Source of the DNA: Elusimicrobiota bacterium
GTDB lineage: Bacteria > Elusimicrobiota > Elusimicrobia > Elusimicrobiales > UBA9959
Direction of reading: 5' to 3'
DNA length: 64,000 bases
Assembly: GCA_003482905.1 (NCBI GenBank)
Contig: DMXM01000034.1
Coordinates: 108,277-172,276 of the forward strand
The first letter of the stretch is position 1. The number at the start of each line of letters is the position of its first letter. The notes under the pieces were generated by a model, which was not told the DNA's origin, searched no databases, and was given only the letters and a program-made list of their open reading frames with translations. Made by a program: the position numbers and the translations under genes. Below are positions 24,668 to 33,095 of the stretch, piece after piece.

Positions 24668-25692
24668 GCTTCGCTCTCCTTGGCGGCTGAGATCTTATCT
24701 TTCACCTGTTCCATCCGTTTCTTTATGTGCGTAACCATGCCGGAGGCGGCCAGGTCGCCGCTGACGCGCACGGCGTTGAAAATGGCGCCGGCGGTCACTT
24801 TGCCGTGGCAGACCATTACTACCCCGTTGATGCCCAGGAGCGGCGCTCCGCCGTAAACGTCCACGCTCATTTTGGTCTTCATCTCGGAGAAAACCTTGCG
24901 CATCAGCATGGCGCCTATCTTGTAGGTGAACTTGCCCATGATCCGCTCTTTGAGCATTTTAAATACGACTTTAGCCGTGCCCTCGTAAAGTTTCAGCGCC
25001 ACGTTGCCGGTAAAGCCGTCGGCTACGACTACGTCGGTCAACCCCTCCGGGATATCGCGCCCCTCCACGGGGCCGTGAAAATTTATGCCCATGTTCTTTA
25101 TGAGCGGGATAGTCTCCTGCACGAGGGCGTTGCCTTTTGATTCTTCTTCGCCTATGGAAAGCAGGCCGACCGAAGGGTTCTCTATGTTAAAGAGCGACTC
25201 CATGTAGACGGAGCCCATTACCGCGAACTGCGCCAGATGCCAGGGTTTGCAGTCCATGTTCGCCCCGGCGTCCAGCAGTACGGCGGTGCCTTTGAGCGTG
25301 GGCAGCGCAACCGCTATGGCCGGCCGTATTACGCCGGGGATGCGCTTGATCTTCAGCAGGGCGGCCACCATGATGGCCCCCGAATTGCCGGCGGAGACGA
25401 ACGCGTCGGCTTTCCCCTCGTGCACCAGGCCGGCCCCCATCATCAGCGACGAATCGGGCTTCGAGCGGCACTCGTTCACCGGCTCCGCGCCCATTTCTAT
25501 GATCTGGGGGGCGTGTACTATGCTGACGCGTTCGGGGATAGCCACGCCTAGGCGGCGCAGTTCCTCCCTGATCTCCGGGTCCCTGCCCACGAGTATTATC
25601 TCGTGGGGCAGTTTTTTGGCCGCGAGCAGGGCGCCCTCTAAATTGGGCTTCAGGCCAAAATCACCGCCGTGGGCGTCAAGCGCTATTCGCAT
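24664..25692 (-). CDS. plsX: Phosphate acyltransferase PlsX
   Basis: 342 aa: MRIALDAHGGDFG.., ..SAGNSGA.., ..GFTGNVALK... Conserved rpmF-plsX synteny. Confidence 0.92.
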   Translation of the reverse strand: MRIALDAHGGDFGLKPNLEGALLAAKKLPHEIILVGRDPEIREELRRLGVAIPERVSIVHAPQIIEMGAEPVNECRSKPDSSLMMGAGLVHEGKADAFVSAGNSGAIMVAALLKIKRIPGVIRPAIAVALPTLKGTAVLLDAGANMDCKPWHLAQFAVMGSVYMESLFNIENPSVGLLSIGEEESKGNALVQETIPLIKNMGINFHGPVEGRDIPEGLTDVVVADGFTGNVALKLYEGTAKVVFKMLKERIMGKFTYKIGAMLMRKVFSEMKTKMSVDVYGGAPLLGINGVVMVCHGKVTAGAIFNAVRVSGDLAASGMVTHIKKRMEQVKDKISAAKESEA

Positions 25693-25707
25693 TGTTGGCC
25701 CGGGCGG

Positions 25708-25920
25708 TTATTTCTGATCCTTCCCTTCTTCGCTTTTGGCGACTTTCTGGGCGACTTCGATCTTGCCGTTGTAGGAACCGCAGGCGGGGCACACGCGGTG
25801 CGGCAGGCGCAGCGCGCCGCACTGGCCGCAGGGTGAAAGCGATTTCACTTCCAGCTTCCAGTTCTGCGAGCGGCGGGAATCCCTGCGGGACGGGGTATGT
25901 TTACGTTTAGGATTAGGCAT
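25708..25920 (-). CDS. rpmF: 50S ribosomal protein L32
   Basis: MPNPKRKHTPSRRDSRRS.. with a CxxC..CPxC zinc ribbon. Confidence 0.92.
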   Translation of the reverse strand: MPNPKRKHTPSRRDSRRSQNWKLEVKSLSPCGQCGALRLPHRVCPACGSYNGKIEVAQKVAKSEEGKDQK

Positions 25921-25953
25921 GTTGTAGCACCTCTTTTATTTGCTTAAAGTTCT

Positions 25954-26445
25954 TTACTTTCCGGTTTTTCCGTCGTCACCCAGCTTAAGGCCCTTCAGCG
26001 CGTTGAAAGCGCCGAAGTTGCCGGTCGTGCAGCCGCACGTCTCTCTGTTGCGGTTGATGCCGCAGACCAGGCAGCGTCCTTTGCAGGCTTCGCCGCACAA
26101 AACCTTTATAGGCGCCAGCAGGGCCACCGTTTCCCTTACCACTTCGCGCGTATCCACATATTCTAGCGTATCCGGGTATACCTCGTCAAAAGAGTCCTCG
26201 TAGGCGCGGGTGATGGGGTCGGTGCAGCGGGAGCATTCCAGGTCCATTTCCGCGTACACCCTGCCTTCAAGCAGTATGGAGTCCCCCCCGACGGAGAAGT
26301 TCAGCTCCAGGCGGAGGCTTTTAAGGATATCCGGGCGATCGAAGGCGTCCGCGTACAGGGCGGGGTCCAGGGACAGCTTCGCTTCCAGCCCGCCTTTCTC
26401 CTCTATGTCCGAATACTTGAAGACCAAGGGTGTGTTTTCCTGCAT
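25954..26445 (-). CDS. yceD: YceD/DUF177 family protein
   Basis: 163-aa acidic protein with a C-terminal C..C..C.C cluster (CGEACKGRCLVCGINRNRETCGC), immediately upstream of rpmF as in most bacteria. Confidence 0.8.
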   Translation of the reverse strand: MQENTPLVFKYSDIEEKGGLEAKLSLDPALYADAFDRPDILKSLRLELNFSVGGDSILLEGRVYAEMDLECSRCTDPITRAYEDSFDEVYPDTLEYVDTREVVRETVALLAPIKVLCGEACKGRCLVCGINRNRETCGCTTGNFGAFNALKGLKLGDDGKTGK

Positions 26446-26475
26446 AAGAATAATAAGATATCAACTATCAGGGGA

Positions 26476-27429
26476 TTAGTCAACGGCGGCCGGGGCCTTT
26501 TCGGCGACCGCGTACGTGGGCCTGCGGTTGGCGCTGTGGTAGGTGCGGATAAGGACCTCCGCGATAAGCCCCATGAAGGCGAACTGGACCGCGACCAGGG
26601 CGAAGAAGATCGCTACCAGGAACAGCGGCTGGTCCTTGACGAAAACCCCGTGGTGCAGTTTGTGGTAAAGGGTGTAGGCGGCCATCAGCGCGGAGGCGGC
26701 CATGAGCGCGAAACTTAAGCCGCCGAACAGGTAGATGGGCTTGGTAATGAAGTCGCCCATGAATTTCACGGTGAGCAGGTCCAGGGCCACCTTAAAGGTC
26801 CTGGCTAGCCCGTATTTGGACTTTCCCGTCGTGCGCGGCCTGTGGTTGACTTCCAGCTCCGTCACGGAGGCGCCGGCGTAGCCGAGGATGGCCGGCAGAA
26901 AGCGGTGCATTTCACCGTAGAGGTCCACCGACTTCAGCAGGGCCGCCCGGTAGATCTTCAGGGTGCAGCCGAAGTCGTGCAGTTTTACGCCGGTGACGGC
27001 CGAAATTATGCGGTTGGCGGCGCGCGACGGGAGGATGCGCGAAAAGAACGCGTCCCGCCTGTTCCTGCGCCAGCCGCTGACGACGTCCATGCCGGCCGCG
27101 GCCGCCGCGAAAAGCCTCGGGATATCTTCAGGATCGTTCTGCCCGTCGGCGTCCAGCGTCACTATCCATTCCCCGCGGGCTTGCGCGAAGCCGGCGGCGA
27201 GCGCCGCCGTCTGTCCGTAGTTCTTCGCGAAGCGCAGGGCCCTCTGGCCGGAGGTCGAGGCGAAGCGCCTGAGCTCGTCAAAAGAGCCGTCGGAGCTGCC
27301 GTCGTCCACCCAGATGATCTCGTACGGCACGTTGAGCCTGGCCAGCGCGGCCGAAAGTTCTTTTTCGAAGGGCGCGAGGTTCTCCCGCTCGTTGAAAACC
27401 GGGACCACGGCTGAAATAACCGGCGTCAT
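26476..27429 (-). CDS. Family 2 glycosyltransferase (polyprenyl-phosphate sugar transferase-like) with C-terminal TM helices
   Basis: ISAVVPVFNERENL.., WVDDGSSDGS and DADGQNDPEDI motifs, plus two C-terminal TM helices, as in DPM1/ArnC-like enzymes. Confidence 0.8.
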   Translation of the reverse strand: MTPVISAVVPVFNERENLAPFEKELSAALARLNVPYEIIWVDDGSSDGSFDELRRFASTSGQRALRFAKNYGQTAALAAGFAQARGEWIVTLDADGQNDPEDIPRLFAAAAAGMDVVSGWRRNRRDAFFSRILPSRAANRIISAVTGVKLHDFGCTLKIYRAALLKSVDLYGEMHRFLPAILGYAGASVTELEVNHRPRTTGKSKYGLARTFKVALDLLTVKFMGDFITKPIYLFGGLSFALMAASALMAAYTLYHKLHHGVFVKDQPLFLVAIFFALVAVQFAFMGLIAEVLIRTYHSANRRPTYAVAEKAPAAVD

Positions 27430-28571
27430 AGGGCGTATCCTTTTTTTTCGAGAAGTTCCGCGTACAGCTGCTCCTGCTGCCTGACCATGAAATCAATGTC
27501 GAACTCCGCCAGGTCCGTGGCCGCGGCGCCCGCGGCAAGGCGCGCGCGCAGCCCGGGCTCCGCCGTTACGCGCGTAAGGGCCGCGCAGAAGCCGTCCAGG
27601 TCGCCCTGCTCAACGCAAAAGCCGTTCTCCCCGTCGTGTAAAATATCGGTCACCCCGTCCGTGCGGTAGCAGACGGCCGGTAGCCCGCTTTTGAAAGCCT
27701 CCACGAGGCTGCGCGGCAGGCCCTCCCAAAGGGAGGTCAGCGCAAAAATGTCGGCGGCGGCCAGCAGTTCGGCGGAGTCCTCACGCCAGCCCGTGAACAG
27801 GCAGGTGGCCTCCAGGCCGCGCGCAGCCGCGGCGGCGCGCAGGCTCTCCAGTTCCTCCCCCCCGCCGGCGAAAATAAAACGCGCGTTCTTATTTACCGCC
27901 GACACCCGCCCGGCGGCTTCCAGAAAATGCCACGGGTTCTTCTGCGGCTTGGCGTTGCCTATGCTCAGCACCACAATGTCTTCCGGCGAGAAACCCAGCC
28001 CGGCCCGCTTGGCCGCCCGGTCGATCGGCGCCGGGTAGCCGGCCAGTTTTACCCCGCTGCGTATCAGGCGGTACCTGGCCGGGTCGCCTATCCCCGCCGC
28101 GCGGGCGGTCTCCATGTTGGCCCTCGATACGAAGACCAGGGCGTCGCTGAACCGGGCGCAGAATCTTTCCAGCAGTACAAAGAGGTTCCGCTTTACGGCG
28201 TTCTGCCGCGGGTGGAAGCCGAAGCCGTGAAAAGTGTGGACGATCACCGGCACGCCAGCGCAAGCCGCCGCGAGGCGTCCCAATATGCCGGCTTTAGAGG
28301 AGTGAGTGTGCGCCAGCGCTGGTTTTATTTCTTTGATAAGGCCGCGCAGCTGGAAAAAAGCGGCCAGGTCCAGTACGGGGTTTATGTCCCTGCCCAGTTT
28401 ATCCGCGTGAACAAGGGCGCCCGGCGGCGCCTTTTCGTCCAGAAGGCCGCCCGGGCCGGCCACTATTACGGCGTCAAAACGGCTCTTGTCCAGGCTGGAG
28501 ACCGTGTAGATGGTGTTCGCCTGAGCCCCGCCGAAATCAAGCCGCGTTATTATATGCGCTACTTTGACCAT
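27426..28571 (-). CDS. Family 4 (GT-B) glycosyltransferase
   Basis: 381 aa: MVKVAHIITRLDFGGAQ.. at the N-terminus, and a C-terminal ..SLWEGLPRSLVEAFKSGLPAV.. EX7E-type motif. Confidence 0.8.
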   Translation of the reverse strand: MVKVAHIITRLDFGGAQANTIYTVSSLDKSRFDAVIVAGPGGLLDEKAPPGALVHADKLGRDINPVLDLAAFFQLRGLIKEIKPALAHTHSSKAGILGRLAAACAGVPVIVHTFHGFGFHPRQNAVKRNLFVLLERFCARFSDALVFVSRANMETARAAGIGDPARYRLIRSGVKLAGYPAPIDRAAKRAGLGFSPEDIVVLSIGNAKPQKNPWHFLEAAGRVSAVNKNARFIFAGGGEELESLRAAAAARGLEATCLFTGWREDSAELLAAADIFALTSLWEGLPRSLVEAFKSGLPAVCYRTDGVTDILHDGENGFCVEQGDLDGFCAALTRVTAEPGLRARLAAGAAATDLAEFDIDFMVRQQEQLYAELLEKKGYAL

Positions 28572-28575
28572 CTTG

Positions 28576-30621
28576 TTATTGAGCCTTCCTTGGGGAGCTT
28601 ACCTTATATAAGGGAAAATAGTGAGTTAGGATGTCGCGGTACTTGGCTCCCTTCGCCTTGGCCAGGCCGTGCGCGCCCAGCACGCAGAGCCCCCTGCCGT
28701 CGCCGGTACCGATACCCCGCAGGAGGAAGAAGGCCGGGCGTTTGCCTTTGAAGACCGGGCGTATGCTGAACAGGGTGGAGCGCAGCGCGCCGGAGCCCAG
28801 CGCGGCCTCTATGGCCTCGGCCCCTTCCACTACCGTGGCGCCCGCCGTGCCTTCCACGCGCAGGGCTTTGATCCTGCCGTCCGCCTCTCTGGCCAGCGGG
28901 ATAATGGCGCGGATATATCCGACTTTAGCGCCGCGGTTCAGGCGGGATTCTACCCATTTCGGGTCGAGCAGCAGGGTCCAGTGAACGTCGGAACTGACGG
29001 TCTTGTCGTCCGCCAGGCACAGCATCCCGTCGGGCGGGCTCCGCAGCGTGCGCGCGTACAGGTTGAAAGGTGTTGTGCGGGGGACCGGCCTGCCGCCGTC
29101 GCTTACACCGCTTTGCGTGGATCCGCCGCAGGCGCGGTGAAGTTCGGCGGGGGCGAGGACGTCCCCGGCCATCAGGACCTCGCCCCTGGTATCGCGGGCC
29201 GCCGCGGCGGACACCGCGCTTTCGGCCTGCAGCCCGGCGAAAGCCAGGCAGTGGGCTGAGTCGCAGAGGTGGTATTCCCGGCTTTCATGGGAGGGCATGC
29301 GGGCCAGGCGCGTAAGGCGCGTGCGCGCGGTCACCGCCATGGCTTTGAGCTGTTCCGCCATTTTTGAGCCGCCGGCCATCCGCGCGGCGACGGGGCTGAC
29401 CAGGGTCTCAAGCGAGGTCTCGTTTATCAGCCAGGACCCCTTCTCTCTCACCAGGGCCAGGAGCTCCCCGGCTATCTCCTTGTCGCCGCGGTTCACCCCG
29501 TGGGCGCCGGGCAGGTCGGGGTTCTTTATTAGGATCACTCCCCCCGCGGTCTTGGGGACTATGCGCACGCTGTTGTTGGTGGTGTGCGCGGTGGAGCCCA
29601 TGTTGTCCCGTATCTGGTAGACGCGGTTCATCTCGTCGTAGGAGACGTTCCACTGCATCCCGCCTTTGCCGGAAACTATGCGGCCCAGCCTGGAGTCCAT
29701 GATGTCGAAATCCGAGACGGAGATGAAACTGAAGCTTTTTACCAGCGACGGCACACCGGCGCCGTCCGCGTAGAGCCCGACCTTTACTTTCATGCCGTCC
29801 TGCGGGACCGGGCCCTTGTGGGAAGGCCAGGCCATGCGGGCCCAGTAAAGCAGGTTGTCCATCTTCCCCTTTACGTATTTGCGCAGCTTGATTTCCTTGT
29901 TTCGGAAAAAGGGTTCCTTCGGATCGAGGTCGGAAAGCGTATAATAGGTCTGCCAGGCGGGAACGTGAAAGTCCGACTCTTCGTAGAGGCGCGCCAGGTC
30001 GATCTCCGCCTGGATGTTGCGCGGGTCGTAGGTCAGCGCGTCCTTCAGGAAATTCACGGCGTGCAGGCGCTTCTTCATGCGCTCCAGGTTCCTGCTGATG
30101 AGCTGGGCCAGCGGCGAGAGCAGGTACGGGTAGCGGGTGTAAACGGAGCGGAGCTCACCGATGGCGGCCTCCGGGCCGGCCAGTTCGGCTTCCGTTATGG
30201 CCAGGCCGAACCGGGCCTGGCTGGCCAGGTCCTGGTCGGCCGTAAGCGTGGAGGCTTTTTCAAAGGCCTCGCGGGCGTCCTGAAATTCTTCCAGGCTCAG
30301 GAGGTTCCAGCCTTTTTCGAAGTGCATGTAGAAATCTTCCGGCTTCAGGATCTGGCCTTTCATAAGGTAAGCCAGGGCTTCCTCGTTCTTGCCCGCTTCC
30401 GCGCACAGCTCCGCCAGGTCGAGCAGCGCGTTGGCGCTAAGGTCCTGGTCCGACGAGCGGTAAACCACGTATTTAAGGGCGCCGGCGGCGTCCTCCGGGC
30501 GGCCGTCCAGCCACTGGGCGGAGGCGTCCGAGTAGATCTTCATGAGGTTCTCCTGCGCGGGGAGACCGGCGGGAGTGAGCGGGATAGACAGGGCTATCAG
30601 CGCGGTTTTCCACTTTGTCAT
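28576..30621 (-). CDS. SpoIID/LytB-domain protein with an N-terminal TPR region
   Basis: Signal peptide, then TPR-like helices (aa ~30-230), then a C-terminal region with ..YHLCDSAHCLAFAG.. resembling the SpoIID D.CD...CQ.Y motif. Confidence 0.65.
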   Translation of the reverse strand: MTKWKTALIALSIPLTPAGLPAQENLMKIYSDASAQWLDGRPEDAAGALKYVVYRSSDQDLSANALLDLAELCAEAGKNEEALAYLMKGQILKPEDFYMHFEKGWNLLSLEEFQDAREAFEKASTLTADQDLASQARFGLAITEAELAGPEAAIGELRSVYTRYPYLLSPLAQLISRNLERMKKRLHAVNFLKDALTYDPRNIQAEIDLARLYEESDFHVPAWQTYYTLSDLDPKEPFFRNKEIKLRKYVKGKMDNLLYWARMAWPSHKGPVPQDGMKVKVGLYADGAGVPSLVKSFSFISVSDFDIMDSRLGRIVSGKGGMQWNVSYDEMNRVYQIRDNMGSTAHTTNNSVRIVPKTAGGVILIKNPDLPGAHGVNRGDKEIAGELLALVREKGSWLINETSLETLVSPVAARMAGGSKMAEQLKAMAVTARTRLTRLARMPSHESREYHLCDSAHCLAFAGLQAESAVSAAAARDTRGEVLMAGDVLAPAELHRACGGSTQSGVSDGGRPVPRTTPFNLYARTLRSPPDGMLCLADDKTVSSDVHWTLLLDPKWVESRLNRGAKVGYIRAIIPLAREADGRIKALRVEGTAGATVVEGAEAIEAALGSGALRSTLFSIRPVFKGKRPAFFLLRGIGTGDGRGLCVLGAHGLAKAKGAKYRDILTHYFPLYKVSSPRKAQ

Positions 30622-30710
30622 AGAGACAAATTTAGCAATTATCTCGGGTAAAAGGAAGTAGCGGCCCGCGCGCGCCGCGCCTTTTTTACGTTGAGTTGAA
30701 AGGAAATATT

Positions 30711-30738
30711 TTGAATTTATTTTTACTTTATGTATAAT
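30711..30738 (+). promoter_or_regulatory. Sigma70-like promoter for the tRNA genes (and possibly tig)
   Basis: TTGAAT (30711-30716), a 16-nt spacer, then TATAAT (30733-30738). tRNA-Lys starts 11 nt downstream. Confidence 0.5.
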
Positions 30739-30748
30739 AAATAGCGAC

Positions 30749-30820
30749 GGGCCATTAGCTCAACGGTAGAGCAGACGCCTCTTAAGCGTAAGGTTACAGG
30801 TTCGAATCCCGTATGGCCCA
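30749..30820 (+). tRNA. tRNA-Lys (anticodon CUU)
   Basis: Hand-folded cloverleaf: acceptor GGGCCAT/ATGGCCC, D arm GCTC-AACGGTA-GAGC, anticodon loop CTCTTAA, T loop GGTTCGAATCC. There is one A-C mismatch in the T stem. Confidence 0.8.
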
Positions 30821-30839
30821 CTTCTTTTTTGCACGTACA

Positions 30840-30918
30840 GAGTAATGAGTAATCGGCGAGTAAAAGGGCGAAGCCGCAACCTCCCTGGAATACTCAAAGC
30901 TCATTACTCATTTTTTTT
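30840..30918 (+). terminator. Long stem-loop plus T8 between the two tRNAs (terminator or small structured RNA)
   Basis: GAGTAATGAG (30840-30849) pairs perfectly with CTCATTACTC (30900-30909), followed by A and T8 (30911-18). The 50-nt loop contains CGGC..GCCG. GAGTAA occurs three times. Confidence 0.4.
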
Positions 30919-30939
30919 AGGTGTGGCGGTTCTTTAAAA

Positions 30940-31023
30940 GTCGGGATGGCGGAATTGGCAGACGCGCATGGCTTAGGACCATGTGGGGTAATACCCGTCG
31001 GGGTTCAAGTCCCCGTCCCGACA
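30940..31023 (+). tRNA. tRNA-Leu (anticodon UAG)
   Basis: Acceptor GTCGGGA/TCCCGAC, anticodon stem CATGG/CCATG with loop CTTAGGA, a long variable arm, and T loop GGTTCAAGTCC. Confidence 0.85.
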
Positions 31024-31099
31024 TTCAGGCGTGAGCGTGGGCCGTGGTCCCCGGGCGCCGCTACGCGCAGGAAGATTTAGACAACAGCTGGAGGAATAC

Positions 31100-32365
31100 A
31101 TGAACATTACTTTAGGCTTAGGCGATAAGATTAAAAAAATAAAGCAGGAAGGCTGCGTGCACGTGTTCGCCGTGAACGTGGACGCGAAAGCCCTCGGTTC
31201 CGCGTCGCAGGAGGCGCTGGTGCGCCTGCAGAGCGTGGTCAGCCTGCCGGGATTCCGCGTAGGCAAGGTTCCGCTGGCGATGATCAGGGACCAGTTCCCC
31301 TCCATGGTGAAGGACGAAGTCCTGGATATCGCGGCCAAGTCCGCCCTGCCGGAGATCCTCAAAGACGCCAAGCTCAATCCCGTGGTGGCCCCCCTGCTTA
31401 AGAACGTCAACTATGAGCCGGCCAAAGCGCTTTATTTCGAATTACAGTTCGAGTGCTCCCCCACCATCGAGCCCAAGGGCTACGAGAAGATCGCCGCCAC
31501 CCGCAAGGTGCACAAGATAGCCGACGCCGATGTGGAGAAATATATAAACCAGGTGCGCGAATATAACGCCTACCTGAAACCGGCCGCCGAGGGCCAGGCC
31601 GCCGCCAAGACCCACTTCGTAATAGTGGACTACGACACGTTCGAGGACGGCGTCCTTGTGGCCGACGGAAGCGTGAAGGGCGAGATAGTGGACCTTTCCA
31701 GCCCGCAGACCATCGCCGGCCTGGCGGAAGCCGTCCTGGGAGCGAAGAAGGGCGAGGCCCGTGAGTTCGACGCCCCCTTCGGCGACAAGAAAATGCGTTT
31801 CAAAGTGACTGTCGCGGAAATAAAAGAGAAGGTCGTGCCCGAACTGGACGAGAACTTCCTCAAGGAAGCCGGCGTAAAGACCGTGGAAGAACTGAAGGCC
31901 AACGTGCGCAAACTCCTGGAGCAGGGCGCTTCCGAGAAGACGGAGAAGGATATGCTCGGGCAGATAGAGGACGCGCTGCTCAAGAACAACCCGCTGACGC
32001 TTCCCCCCACGCTGATAAAAGAGGAGGCGCAGGAACTCCTGGAGCTTTTTAAGAAACGCGCCCCGGTGGAACAGCACCTGCCGGACGAGTCCCTTCTCGA
32101 GCGCCTGCGGCCCGTGGCGGAGCGCAACCTTTCCCTTACCTATATCCTGCACAACATCGCCAAGAAAGAGAACATCCAGGCCACCGACGCCGAACTGGAC
32201 GCCGAGCTTGAAAAGGTCATGGCCCGCCTGAATACCGAGGAAGAAAAGGCCAAAGGCCGGGAACTTTTCGAAAAGCGCAAGGAATACATCCGGGCGTCCA
32301 TGGTGGAGAACAAGACCATGACGCTGGTTAAGGAAAAGGCGGTAATAAAGGAAGAGCAGGCGTAA
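31100..32365 (+). CDS. tig: Trigger factor
   Basis: Trimmed to the ATG at 31100, with GGAGGA at 31090-95. The domain order (ribosome-binding N-domain, FKBP-like middle, C-domain) and the position upstream of clpP fit trigger factor. Confidence 0.85.
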   Translation: MNITLGLGDKIKKIKQEGCVHVFAVNVDAKALGSASQEALVRLQSVVSLPGFRVGKVPLAMIRDQFPSMVKDEVLDIAAKSALPEILKDAKLNPVVAPLLKNVNYEPAKALYFELQFECSPTIEPKGYEKIAATRKVHKIADADVEKYINQVREYNAYLKPAAEGQAAAKTHFVIVDYDTFEDGVLVADGSVKGEIVDLSSPQTIAGLAEAVLGAKKGEAREFDAPFGDKKMRFKVTVAEIKEKVVPELDENFLKEAGVKTVEELKANVRKLLEQGASEKTEKDMLGQIEDALLKNNPLTLPPTLIKEEAQELLELFKKRAPVEQHLPDESLLERLRPVAERNLSLTYILHNIAKKENIQATDAELDAELEKVMARLNTEEEKAKGRELFEKRKEYIRASMVENKTMTLVKEKAVIKEEQA

Positions 32366-32399
32366 GCGCGGGATCGTTAACGACAGCTTAGGAGGAATA

Positions 32400-33005
32400 A
32401 TGCTAATACCAACAATTCTTGAAAAATGGAACCAGGGCTCAATGGTGTCCTACGACATCTTTTCGCGCCTGCTTAAAGACCGGATCATTTTTTTCGGCGA
32501 CCCCGAAGGCGCCGTCTCCACGGCTTCCGCCAATACCGTTATTGCCCAGCTGCTTTACCTCGACGCCGAGGACCCTGAAAAAGAGATCAACCTTTACATA
32601 AATTCCCCCGGCGGCATGGTCACCGCGGGCCTGGCCGTTTACGACACGATGCAGTTCATAAAGGCTCCCATCTCCACCATCTGCATGGGCATGGCCATGA
32701 GCTTCGGCGCCGTACTGCTGGCCGCCGGCTCCAAGGGCAAGCGCTATGCGCTGCCGAATTCCCGCGTAATGATCCACCAGCCCCTGATGTGGGGCGGCGG
32801 CATCACCGGCCAGGCCACCGACATAGAGATAGAGAGCAAGGAAATGCAGGAGAATAAGACCCGTCTTATCGATATCATGGCCAAGCATACCGGCCAGACG
32901 GCCGAGAAGGTCCGCGCGGACATGGAAAGGAACTTCTATCTTTCCGCGGCGCAGGCCAGGGACTACGGTATTATCGATTCCGTCCTCGAGCACCGCAAGA
33001 AGTAA
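32400..33005 (+). CDS. clpP: ATP-dependent Clp protease proteolytic subunit
   Basis: ..[16 protein letters not shown].., ..[14 protein letters not shown].. (active-site Ser) and ..RVMIHQP.. (His). Confidence 0.93.
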   Translation: MLIPTILEKWNQGSMVSYDIFSRLLKDRIIFFGDPEGAVSTASANTVIAQLLYLDAEDPEKEINLYINSPGGMVTAGLAVYDTMQFIKAPISTICMGMAMSFGAVLLAAGSKGKRYALPNSRVMIHQPLMWGGGITGQATDIEIESKEMQENKTRLIDIMAKHTGQTAEKVRADMERNFYLSAAQARDYGIIDSVLEHRKK

Positions 33006-33095
33006 CCGGCGGCCGCGCCCCCGCCCTTCCCGGGGCGGGAGCCGCGCGGGCGTTTTCGGGGGCAGGGTTCAATCTACCGACAGCCGGAACACACA

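Noticed and set aside
30661-30690. GC palindrome GCGGC-ccgcgcgc-GCCGC followed by GCC and T6, resembling a + strand terminator
   Set aside because: No + strand gene lies upstream for more than 4 kb; everything from 26.4 to 30.6 kb is on the minus strand. On the minus strand the T-run is on the wrong side. It may be an insulator before the tRNA promoter or simply a chance GC palindrome.
30749-31023. tRNA-Lys/tRNA-Leu as an integration hotspot for a mobile element
   Set aside because: No integrase, no direct repeat of a tRNA 3' end that I could see, and the downstream genes (tig, clpP, lon) are core housekeeping with native composition.
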